Assembly: GCA_029717555.1 (NCBI GenBank)
Contig: JAMDHS010000039.1
Location: 1-64,000 of the forward strand
DNA: 64,000 bases
Direction of reading: 5' to 3'
Source: Peribolospora baueri
Taxonomy: Eukaryota
Positions 34,845 to 45,726 of this stretch are shown piece after piece; within the stretch, counting starts at the first letter, position 1; each line of letters begins with the position of its first letter. Below the pieces are notes generated by a model. The model was not told the origin of the DNA and did not search any database. It worked only from the letters and a program-made list of their open reading frames with translations. A program made the position numbers and the translations under genes.

Positions 34845-36740
34845 ATGCTCGACAACCTTCTCTCCAGCTGTTCCATCTCCCTCCACCTTCTCAACCAGGT
34901 CGTCTTCCTCCGCCCCTCTAGTTTGCCGCTCCCCTCTCGGCCCGACGACCCCAGTCTGCTCTCGGCCCCGTGCGAGAACGTCTCCGGAAGCCTGCTCCGC
35001 GGCTTCGTCGAGGTGCGCGTACCTTCGGCGCGCAAGCTCGGCGGGGTGCGCGTCCGCATCAGAGGTGTCTCCAGCGTCGCCTTGCCCGCCCTCGTCTCCG
35101 TCGCCGACCCGTCATCGCGGGGCGAGGCGAGGCTGCAGGTGGGCGACATTTCGCGGTACGAGGAAAGGGTCGTTCTCGACGAGTCTGTCGAGACGGCCGA
35201 CAACGGCGTCAGCTTGGACGCCGGCACCCACGTCTTTGCCTTTTCCTTTCCCCTCGCCGCCCATATGCCCCCGTACGAGCGGAGCCGGTTCGGGAGGGTG
35301 AGGTACGTCTGCTCGGCCGTTGCCCGCGGTGCCGGGTACGCCAAGACGGACGTGTCGGCTTGGAAGGAGGTGTTTGTGACCTGCAACCCCAGTCCGGCGG
35401 GCGTCAACGGCCTCAACGCCCTCGAGGTCCTCCACACCGAGTCCTACCACGGCCTCGGCGTCCTGAGGCTTGCCATGCTCAGTCCGAGCCTGAGCGTCAG
35501 CGGCAGCCTGTTGCTTCACATACGATTGGAGGTGCGTCGCTGGCTTTGCGGCTTCGTATCCGATCGTCGTCTCTGTCCCTCCCCGATGTCGCTCACACAA
35601 ATATATACATACATACAGTGCCCGCACCCTCGTGTGCAAATTTGGCAGGCTCGCCTGGTCGTCGAGCAGACCTTTGAACTGCGCTCCAGGAATTCCAAGG
35701 AGACCATGAAGCTCCCCGCGGAGAGGAGGGTGGTGTGGAGCGCGGGCGCGAGGCCGCCGCTGTCGCGGGACTCGCGCGTGCTGCCGTGGGCCGAGGAGAA
35801 GGAGAGCGCGGTGCAGCCGATCTGGAGGCACGACGAGGAGGGCGACACGGGCGACGGGTCGGTCGCTGCGTCCGCGTGGGAGACCAAGGCGATGGTCCGA
35901 CTGCCGAGCGACGACAAGATCCGGCCGAGCACTTCTCCGGGCACGATGACCGACATCCGCGTCGGACACGAGCTGGTCTGCGAGATTTTCTACAGCGTCG
36001 GCGGCGGCGGCGAGTCGAGGGAGAGAGGCGAGAAGCTGAACGTGTTCACGTTGAGGAAGAAGGTGGTCATACCCAGTGTGAGTGGTCAGAGGTCGCTGAT
36101 CTCTTTCGCTTTCGCTCATCCTCACATGACGTCTCCCCGTGTCTTTTCTCGCTCGCTCGACATGGCCGGACGGCAGTGCTGCGTGTCCTTGTTCGATCTC
36201 GAATTGCCGTCGTACGAAGCGGCGACGTCGGCTACGAAAGCGAGACCGCCGTCGCTGTCGTCGTACAGGGCACGGGACGGCACGCCGATCGGGTCCTCTT
36301 CAGCGAGCGCGCAACCGACAGTTTGCACCATGTCGGTGCTCCACGGCATCCTCCACCCCGTCGGCGGCTCGAACCGGTCGTCGTTGTCGTTGTCGTCGTC
36401 CGTCGACCTTCCCCGACTGCCTCACCTGGGCCCATGCCTGCGCGCGCCCGAGACATGTGGCACGGCCGACGAGCCTTGGCCGTGCTACTCGGTGGTGCCG
36501 GTAGCAGACCCGACGGGCCTGCTGTCGCTCGGGGCGGGCGGAAAGGACGAGTGGCCGACGCCGCGGTGCGTGTGTGGGATGAGGCTGAGCACGCTGAGCG
36601 CGCGCGAGGCGGCCGTGTTGGACGGTCTGGGGATCGATTTCGACGGGCCTGGCGGGCTCGGGCGGCCGAGGGGCGATGGAGGTAGGGGTGGGGGTGCGGT
36701 CGAGTCGGGTGGGCCGGAGTGCGGGAAAGGGCAAGGGTAA
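34845..36740 (+). CDS. Arrestin-fold (alpha-arrestin-like) protein, paralog 3, multi-exon
   Basis: MLDNLLSSCSISLHLLNQVVFL; LRGFVEVRVPSARKLGGVRVRIRG; FAFSFPLAAHMPPYERSRFGRVRY; RLPSDDKIRPST; VIPS|CCVSLFDLELPSY; CVCGM. Confidence 0.78.
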   Translation: MLDNLLSSCSISLHLLNQVVFLRPSSLPLPSRPDDPSLLSAPCENVSGSLLRGFVEVRVPSARKLGGVRVRIRGVSSVALPALVSVADPSSRGEARLQVGDISRYEERVVLDESVETADNGVSLDAGTHVFAFSFPLAAHMPPYERSRFGRVRYVCSAVARGAGYAKTDVSAWKEVFVTCNPSPAGVNGLNALEVLHTESYHGLGVLRLAMLSPSLSVSGSLLLHIRLEVRRWLCGFVSDRRLCPSPMSLTQIYTYIQCPHPRVQIWQARLVVEQTFELRSRNSKETMKLPAERRVVWSAGARPPLSRDSRVLPWAEEKESAVQPIWRHDEEGDTGDGSVAASAWETKAMVRLPSDDKIRPSTSPGTMTDIRVGHELVCEIFYSVGGGGESRERGEKLNVFTLRKKVVIPSVSGQRSLISFAFAHPHMTSPRVFSRSLDMAGRQCCVSLFDLELPSYEAATSATKARPPSLSSYRARDGTPIGSSSASAQPTVCTMSVLHGILHPVGGSNRSSLSLSSSVDLPRLPHLGPCLRAPETCGTADEPWPCYSVVPVADPTGLLSLGAGGKDEWPTPRCVCGMRLSTLSAREAAVLDGLGIDFDGPGGLGRPRGDGGRGGGAVESGGPECGKGQG

Positions 36741-37594
36741 GAGGACGTGACGCGGACGGAGAAGGCCCGCTTTCAAGGCTGTTGGCGGGAGTCCGGCGGT
36801 CGTATGGCGCGGTACATAAAACAGCACTCGCCTCAGGATAAGGGTGTAGTATTCAAGTTCTACTCGACTCGTCTTCTCTTCTCTTCCCATCTCATACCGT
36901 CTCTTCTCTCCGAACGTGCCTGGGATCGTATCCTATCGCTACCCGTTCGCTACTCTTCGATCGGTCGGTCAATCGGTCGGCCGTCGTTTTGTGTTTTCCT
37001 GTTTCTTTCTTTCCTTCTGCGGATCTGCGGAACGGGAACTGGAACTGGACCTGCATCCTCGCGTGGACATCGTGGCCACCGTTGCCGCCGTCCTGTACCG
37101 TAGTGGCCTGGTATGTAAACAAAAGGAGCGGACGGACGACGGACGGACGGAGGGTCGGTAGGGGAACGAAGCGCCATGCAGATCCGGGTGGGGGATGAAA
37201 TCAAACCGACTGACAGATTGACTGTACTGTAGACGGCGTAAACGGGGTCGCGACATGGTGATCACACCTGACGACAGAAGGGATGCGTCGTCACCTTCCC
37301 CTGTTACAGAGCGGGCGTCAAGCTTCGGTCGGACTCTACGCAAATCCCGAGCATTGCTCGAATCGCAGAGTCAGCACTAGTCTTTGTTAATGCTTCCGAC
37401 TTCTGCCGTTGTTCCACGAGCTGACATTATCGCCGCTATCAAGAACCCTACGATGTTGAAAATGGCGGGCGAGGCTGGAACGGAGGCAGTGTGACGCCAA
37501 TCGAGTGGACAGAAGACCTAGAGCCAGCTGAGGACGACGAGTATCAAGCAATCGTCGAGAAACGGTGTCGGATCGCGGGGATCATTCGGAACGG

Positions 37595-38035
37595 TCACTC
37601 CCTCGCCGTGGCCATTGGCACGCTCGAACGTGCTAGCCCCCTCTTCGTTTGAAGCGGCGCCCACGTCGAGATCCTAGCGCCAGCCTCGTTGTTCCTGATC
37701 CTGGCAAGCCAGACGCCCTGGGCGGTCTTGTCGTTGGCGCCGGTGTCGTCGATATCAGCGAAGGCGCCGACCTGCCAGGTGAACTGAGAGCCGTGGACGG
37801 CCTTGTCGACAGTGGTGAGGGCTTGGGTGGTGAAGTCGTTCCTGCCGGACGCCGAGCTGCCGACCCAGTCGGACCAGCGGTCGTTCTCGATGGAGAAGGA
37901 GACGAGGTCGGGGCGGAGCTGTTCGGCCCAAACGGGGCCGTCGACGGGGACGGCGACGACGACGCTCTCGGTGACGTTGGTGGTGGTGTCCTTGGCCGAA
38001 GACGAGGAGGCGGCGGACTGCCTTGCCTCGAGCGG
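37595..38035 (-). pseudogene. Truncated relic of a secreted GH79 (beta-glucuronidase-like) gene
   Basis: A frame absent from the ORF track reads PLEARQSAASSSSAKDTTTNVTESVVVAVPVDGPVWAEQLRPDLVSFSIENDRWSDWVGSSASGRNDFTTQAL. It resembles the basidiomycete GH79 N-terminus (LxSFSIExDRWxDWxG...RN.F). No upstream ATG or signal peptide, and far too short. Confidence 0.6.
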
Positions 38036-38046
38036 GATACGCCGGA

Positions 38047-38368
38047 TAAAGCAGCAAGAAGAAACGGGCCTTCAACGGAGAGGGAACAGAAAGCGGCGGG
38101 AAGAAACGGGTTTTCAACCGGCGAGAAGAAACGGTTGTCAACAATATCGTGCCACGTGGCAAAATGGAAAAGCGTGGACGGAGAATAAGTGGAGGAGATT
38201 AGCGAGGTGAAAAACAAGGACGTTAATTAAAGCAGTAAGAAGAAACGAGTCTTCAACTGGGAGGGAAGATAAAGCGGCGAGAAGAAATGGGTCTTCAACA
38301 AGAAAGAAACGGGTCTTCAACCGGCGAGAAAAAACGGTTTTCGACAAAGTCGTGCCACGTGGCAAAAT
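38047..38368. repeat. Two degenerate direct repeats of about 120-140 bp, built from 7 copies of a ~20-bp GAAGAAACGGGTCTTCAAC-like unit; each ends in the palindrome TGCCACGTGGCA
   Basis: Copies at about 38047-38165 and 38228-38368; palindromes at 38150-38161 and 38353-38364. Confidence 0.85.
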
Positions 38369-40111
38369 AACCAGCGTAGACTGCGGAGTAAAAGGTATAA
38401 TGAAGCGTACATTCCAGCATCTAGTCACATATTATTAGTCTCGCCGTCTTATTAGTTTCGACGATCGAAGGATTGCCTCGCTGAAGCAGGCGTGGACCGC
38501 TGCCAAATACGTAACTAGGTCACTTACGGTCCTGTGCTGACAGTAGGCAAGGAGGACTCCGTGTGTGGTTCGACCGAGGGTTTGGTCAACATCGTGTGCA
38601 CCGGGGTGGAAGTGGAGTGAGTCGGCCGCCATGGAGCTGGACGCCGGCGCGGGCTGTGCGACGTCCAGCCCGTTGCTCAGGCAACCGACGCGGAGTCGTC
38701 GGCGCACTTGCACATCTCCCAAGTCACGACCACCACCCATTTCAACCTCCACCATCCTCCCTCCTCTCTTCCTCTTCTCTTCTCCCTCTCGCCCATCCTG
38801 GCTGACGACCACCTGCGCCTCCGTTGCACTAGACGATCGGTGCCCTCCATCAATCTAATCTAGGCATGCAATCTCATCGATCCGGCGCTGCACGCCGTCG
38901 TCTCCTCGCCCCGCCAGGTGCCCGATTGCTCCCAGCTCTCCGTCGCAACGAGTCCGGTTCGCCGGTCGGCCGTCTGGCGTCGTCGCGGGTGCATGGTCTG
39001 GCTGAAACAGCACATCTGTCTTGCCGTTCGGACCGCCAGCTCACGAGTGGCCACAGTCATGGGCGAAGCGTCGTAAAGGTCTGACACGTTCGTCATCGTA
39101 ATTGTCGGGCAGCGCACACACCTTTAGACTCGAAATGGAGGCTGAGAATAGCCATCGTCGACCGCGAGGAAGGAGGTGGCTACCACGACGAAGCGCAGTG
39201 AGGTACGGTAGCGGTCCTACTTGCAGACGAGTGTGGGCTGCAGGAGGGAGCGTGTGCGATAGCCGTCCTCGCTCGTTGCGACTGTGCATGCTTCCTCATT
39301 CCCCTTGGCCGCCCTGGCATATCCTTCTTCCGCTCGCAAGTCCGCCCACGCTGCTCACAGGCCTCCAGCCCTCCCCGTCGTCGCCATCCGCCCGTAGTGG
39401 TCGCCGTCGTCATCCGTTCCAAGGCAGGCGGTGGGTGGGTGAATTGAAGCACATGTACTCGACCTTAACGCGGCGCCCCGAACAACTTTTCCCTCTCCCT
39501 TCCTTCTTCCCAGTGTCCCTCCCCAGCGCTCTCGTCCCCTCTTCTTTACCCGGCTCGGTCCGTCGTTCTCCCACCCCTCTCACTTCGTCTTCACCTTCGT
39601 TTGCACCGCGAGCACGTAACGCCCCAGCGGCCTCTGCCTGCTCGTTCACTCGCCTTTGAGAGGCCTTCCCCCCTCATTTCCTTCAGTTTCCCCGGTAGCT
39701 CACTTCGCCTCGTCTCGCCGGCCTGTTGGCAGGAACGGTCCCGCTCGATAATCGTCGACCTCCAGCACCTTCCGTCCTTGTTAAGACGATTACGACCACA
39801 TCGACTGCCGCGAATTCACAACGTACACTCCCAGGACGTTATCCCTTCCATTTGGACATTTACTTCCCTAGCTGTCGCTGGACGATCTCTACGCCCCTCG
39901 CTGGTCGATTCGTTCTTTTCACACCCTCTCGCCCCTCGGATCGATTCCGGTCTTGACCACGGCTGGACAACCTGACAAGAAAGCCTCCATTCCACAGTCG
40001 CAGTGAGCCTTTCACAGATCGGCCTTGTCTGTTCGTGATCCCCTCGCATGCGAACATCCTGACCTCTTCGCTCTTTGCTTGTCCTCACTATGTGCCTGCC
40101 CAGCTTTGACC

Positions 40112-42139
40112 ATGCACCTCACTAAGTCCACCACTGGCGTTGCCCTCCTGGCCTCCTTCCTCCTTCCCTTCAGTGCAGTAGCTCAGACATCCGAGGGCCA
40201 GAGCGCCGATGCCGGACCTTCCGCCCCCGGCGTCTCCTTGATGGGTTTCTCCTCTGTCGCCAAGGCTTCGGAATCTGGTATCGAACAGAGCGTCGTCGCC
40301 ACCATCACAACGCCTGCTGCTGCGGGCCCCACTGGAGGAAGCACCAGCGGAGGGAGCGCTGGAGGGTCTGGCGAGTCGTGTCCCTCCGCGGGATGCGCCG
40401 CCGTCGGGCCAAGCCCGACAGCAGCTCCTCAGATTACCTCTTCTGCCATGGCCGCCTCCCCAACTGGTCAGGGGTGCCCTTCCGCCGGCTGCGACTCTGG
40501 CGCCTCTGATTCATCCGGTCCTTACGCGTACACCACCGTCATGCCTTACTCGAGCTATATGGCCGGCGGATATTCGGTGAGCCGGCACACGGCGAGGCTT
40601 GTGCCGTAGGTGCTGAAGGTGGACGTTAGGATCTAACTACTCGCTCTACCCTTGACGTTCGATGATCCTTCCTTGTCTCTGCAGAGCATGGCCTGCGGAT
40701 ACGGCTGGGGCAAAGCCTCGAACGGGTACTGCACCCAGGCGTCCTGGTACACTGCTTCGGCCGACGTCATCGGCTGCCACGTCACCCAGGTCATCTCCGA
40801 GGTTGGCATCACCACCAAGCTCAAGACCATCTTTGAGACTAAGACGCAAACAAAGATCGAAACCGCTCTGGAGGTGAGCACAATGTCTTACTCGGAGAGG
40901 TGGTCGGTGACTGGGCAGGGTTTGGAAGCGTGGTCCCGCTGATGATCAAAGGTCATCTACCTTGTCGCCGTGACATGTGGCGCAGACCGTCGTCGTCACG
41001 TCGGTTGAGAAGATGACCGAGACCATGACGAAGACTATGACCGAGGTGCGCGTCGTCTCCAGCGCCGTCCGTGCTAGCATTTGCGCACCTCTCCTGACAC
41101 GCCGGATCCGCCTTGGCTCGTACCATGTAGACGATGACGTCGACCGTCCAGCACGTCGTGACGCAGACGGCCACTGTGTCTGTACCTGTCACGAAGACGG
41201 TGACCGCCACTTCGATTGAAAAGCAACTCGAGACGCAGGTGAGTCGTCGCGTCGCCCTTTTCCATGGCCACGAAGGAAAGCCGGAAGAACGGAGACGCAC
41301 TTGAAGCGAAGACCTTGTCGCTGATCCTTGGTCGCCTCGCCTTCGTCAATCAGCTCGTCACCAAGGAAGAAACCAAGACGCAGCTCGCTACCGAGACCGA
41401 TATCGCCACGGTCACGAAGGCATTCACGGGTGAGCCGGCGCTGCTTGCTTGCCTCCTTTCGAGGAGCCGGTTTGGCTGACTTTGTGACTTTCTTCGTACA
41501 CGTCCGTACACGTTTTCTTTCCCAGCCACGGGTGAGTTGAGCATGTTCCTCCCTGGCCCGGAGAAGCACTTGACTTACTTCTTCGTGCCCCTTTCTTTTG
41601 TTTGCTTTGCTTCAGCGGTTGAGACCAAGCTTGCTACGGTCACAGACGCAGTCACCAGTGAGTGTCCGACCGACTAGCGGCTTTCTTCGACGTCTCCCAA
41701 ATCAGGACCCTTCGAGCGCTTACGCATCTGAACCATTCCTGTCATCACATCATCGCATCGCTGGCAGAGACGGCCACCGCTACTCAGACGCAGTTCTTCA
41801 CCTGCATCCAGAAATGCTCTCAAACTTAGTGAGCGTTTGACTTTTGAGTTGCACGCTCTCACCTGAGAGGCGATCGGAGATCAGCCACTCACCACTTTTT
41901 CCGTCTACTACTGGGTCTCTACTTGCTTTCCCCCTCGAAGCGCATGGGCCATGCCAAGCGCCACGATGACCCAATACATGAGCTACTACTCTTCCTCCCC
42001 TAAATCGACGCAAGGCTCAGGTTACGGGTCGAGCGGCTCGTATGGGTCTGGGTCTGGGTCGGGGTCGGGCTACGGCTCGGGCGCGGGGTCTGGGTACCGA
42101 AAGCGGATGGTGACGAAGCCACGCAGCCATCCAAGGTAG
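40112..42139 (+). CDS. Secreted Ser/Thr/Gly-rich (cell-surface/mucin-like) protein, about 9 exons
   Basis: Signal peptide MHLTKSTTGVALLASFLLPFSAVA; two CPSAGC motifs; Cys-containing module MPYSSYMAGGYS|SMACGYGWGKASNGYCTQASW; several Thr-rich exons that splice in frame; GSGY-repeat tail. Confidence 0.8.
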
Positions 42140-45100
42140 ACGTTTCGCTCTTCAGAAATACCGTCGCCGTGCTGGTCTGGTCACCCGCGCTCGACTCCTT
42201 GTGCCTCTATATAAACCGGCCCACGTACATATGTCTGATGGACCGAATCTCGTGCAGGACTGTGCCGTGGACCAGCGTCGCCCTTATCCCTCCCGCCAAC
42301 TTCGACCGGCTTAGTCTTCGAACATCGCGCGTCCGTACCCCATGGACATTGCGGACGCGGTCTTCTCCACATTGTTCAGAACTACTCCACTTCTTTCTAT
42401 CCCATCTGTTCATCTTTTAACAAGTGCTGAGCAGCCTTCCATTCTCTCACACCTACCTACGTGTATCAGTCTCTACTTGTTCTCTCCCTGCGTTCCCGGC
42501 CTGTACTGTCACGGGTTCCCTCGCTTCCCTCCTCCCCCTCCCAGCCTCCCTCCCGCGCTCGTTCTCTGGTTTGCTCGACGGGAACAACCGCGGCACTGTT
42601 CACCGCCTGTGATCCCAGGTTCTAGGTACACTTGCAACGTCAACGCCTCGGGCTTGCTGCCGACGACCCATAACGACCGCTGCCAGCCGTTCCATGCTGT
42701 ACAGCCCTGTCGAGATCCTACAGATCACTTCCGTCCCTCCGCCATCGCTTTTCCTCGCCCGCTCGTTCGCCTCGCCTCGGCCCTCTCCCTTGAGCACAAG
42801 CACGATGAGGTGAAAGAGCGGATGCACACAGGACAGGGTGCTGCGCATGTAAGCGTTGTGGAACGAGGGTCATGTGCGCGGCATGGGTATCGACGCTGAG
42901 CGCGAGAGGGCAGCCAACAGGCGATTCTAGTTGACAGAGGGCCTGGAGGCCTATCACGCTTCTGTGGTGCAGCGTCTGCTCGAGCTGATTGCGAGGTTGT
43001 CGAGGTCACCGGTACGCTTACTGTACGCGGCTATCAGGTTCGCGGACACAAGCTTGGGCTTGTGGTCCGACGACGCTCATCGAATTGGACGCCGTGGTTC
43101 TCAAGGTCTCGGGGCCGAAGCGACTTGTTCGTATGCGGCTGCGGGCGCCGTGCACAGACCACGCGTCCTATGGTCTGATGGACCTGGGTGGCGGTGGCGG
43201 TGCCGGGCACGCAAACAAAGCCTCGGCATCAACACGCAAAGCACCGTCATCGGCTTGGAGGATAAATGAAGTTTAGAACTCGAGCCCGTACGGGCCCGGC
43301 GCAACGGAACGAAAACCGTGAGTGGCGCGGCCAGCCGGTCGTCTGGCGTCCAAAACGAATCGGCGTTTTTGCAACCTCTCTTCCATCTGACCGAGATGAT
43401 TAATGTAAGCCATGCATGTCGATGGGACTTGCACACTGCTGCGATAGTCATACAGCGAGTGTTCGCGATAAAGAAAGAAGGGGCGGCGATCGAACGGATA
43501 CTAACACTTTTAACTCAGATATTCCGTCATGGGCTCGGTAAGACCCAAGCTAGCTACTTCCCACAGAGAAGGTGGGCGACGCAACAAAAGAGAAGAGTAA
43601 GACGGTTGAGCCGTCTCAGCGTTTGGGCATGCTGCCATCACAGCGGCATGGATGGGGACAGGCGCAAATCCTCCATCCGTACGTCGGACCTTTGGGGTCA
43701 GTGGGAAGACTCGGTTCATTAACGATCTGCGCGGCCTGGACCGCGCGGAGCGTTCAGCCGAGGTCGCTGGCTCGTTCGCGAGGAAGTGATTGACTCACAA
43801 GGACACCTCATGTTTGCGCATCCTCCTGAATTCGGAGGGGGTTTATAAATTGGGCCACTTCCGCGGGTGGTGGTGGCTGCGCTGTGGCCGTTGGCCACGA
43901 GGAGGTTGATCGCGTTCGCTTGATATGGGGACGTCGTGAAGACAAAAGGTGGAAAGGGAAGGAAAAAAAGGAGAGAATGGAAGGGGCGTAAGAGTGTAAT
44001 GTCGAGGGAAGACCGATCAGCTAGGCCAAGAAAGGTTGAGACGACTACGCTTCCTCCAGACCGCTAGCTCACCCTTGCTGGCGTCAAAGACGTAACGGTC
44101 GGAGATGGAGGGACAGCCGTCGGTGATGATCCCCACAGTACTCGCCCATTGTCCAGCGCTGGTCATCTTCGGCATGCCCTGCTGGGCGCCGCGGTGATAA
44201 GAGGCGTGCAAGTACGGTGGAAAAGGAGCGCGGGAACGACTCACCATATCCGCCAGGAGCGAGGGAGGCTAGCGGCTGCCTGAGACGCGCAGAGGACGAT
44301 GGAGAGGGGGGTCAGTTCATGTTAAATAGGCTTCTTCCCACCGTGTCCCTCCCGCCTGGCGCTTGCAGCCTGTGATGTAACAATCCTCGGTCGACATCGG
44401 CGCTTCTTTACCGGTCTGACCAGGGTGACGACCAGGGTGACGACGCCGATGACCGCGCTTGCGCCCATGTTGTGCTTGCAACGTTCAACGTTAGCCCTCC
44501 CACGAACGCCGGAGGCTATGGCGCTGACGGTAGCTGTGCATGACTCGTAGCACTGCCTGCAAGGCCATCTGCGAGGCCATCTGCGAGAACACGGTGGAGG
44601 CGTGGAGTGGAGGAGGCCATCAACGCAGGGCACAAGCACAAGCGCGCCATCGACAGGGCTCCAACGTCGGCGGACCCCATTCGAGATCTCGTCCTGCCTC
44701 GCCGTGTGTTCGCCTCGTGTTGGGAGGCCTAAAAAGAAATTTGGGGAGATGGACGACGTCACGGTTACGAGGCCGCTTTGACGGTACGGCGCGGCTTGGA
44801 GAGCACGGCAAGCTAGCTTGCGGTGCGGTGCGTCTGGCGAACATGCCGATCCGGGCGGATCTCTACTCGGCTCTGCGCTGCCCTTTCTCGTCAGGGCTAG
44901 GCCTGGTCTGCAGCGTGCAGGGTGCGATCGCAGCGGAGTGGTGGTCGGAGCTCCAAGGCGGTGCGTAAAGTCGCGGCGACTCGCACAGGCACATCGTCCT
45001 TGTCATCGCCTCGTTCTCGCCCTCGCCCTCGTCCTCCGAGCCGTCCCCGTCCAACGAAGGGACGCGGTGCGCGCACGGCCGGCCCAGCGAACCTAGTCGG

Positions 45101-45567
45101 TCAGCACGTATCTAATCGACGCCGTGTCTCCTGGTCGAGCATGGCGTGGTGTGCAATCGCTCCGGACGCTCGTCACTGCGGATCCAGGTCGGACGCGATG
45201 GAGATGGGCGTCCATCGCTGAGAAGGCCGTCGAGCCAGGCGCGCCAGAGCGACGAGCACTCGGACTCGGACTCGACACATAGTTGCCGCCATCCAGTCTC
45301 CGACTATCGGCCAGAGCCAAGCATCTCTCCGACACGCAAGATGGTGGTCGAGGTCACCCACCACCACCTCATATTGTCTTCTTCCCACCCTTTCTTCTCG
45401 CTCACGTCACTTCTCCGCCTCGACGCGACGCCTTCGGCAACCAAACCTGCCGCAGCTGCCGCAGCAGATGCGACTGCGGCGCCGCGCCCGTGCCGAGTGC
45501 CTGGCGATTGAGCCCGGCGCGTGAGGCCAGCGACAGACAAGCCGCGGCGGGCGGGACGAGGTGCGAA

Positions 45568-45632
45568 AGACGACGACGACGACGACGACAACAACAACAA
45601 CAACATCAGAGACGACGACAAAGACGACGACG
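45568..45632. repeat. Compound (GAC)n(AAC)n microsatellite upstream of the DUF726 gene
   Basis: Runs of GAC and AAC triplets. Confidence 0.85.
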
Positions 45633-45726
45633 AGCTCGCCCGCGACGCCAACGACGCCGACTGGCGACCCCGTCTCTTCTCGGCTCGGTCGCCCTTCGCG
45701 TACGCCATAGACGCGGTGGATCAAGG

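Noticed and set aside
37348..37381. Helitron 3' end (CGAGCATTGCTCG hairpin then CTAG-T)
   Set aside because: The hairpin is short, no 5' end or RepHel remnant is visible, and the orientation does not enclose the GH79 fragment.
38047..38368. CRISPR array
   Set aside because: Units are degenerate, spacers are irregular and themselves duplicated, there are no cas genes, and the context is eukaryotic.
44421..44586. Two short tandem duplications (CCAGGGTGACGA x2; AGGCCATCTGCG x2) as transposon footprints
   Set aside because: No associated element; replication slippage is sufficient.
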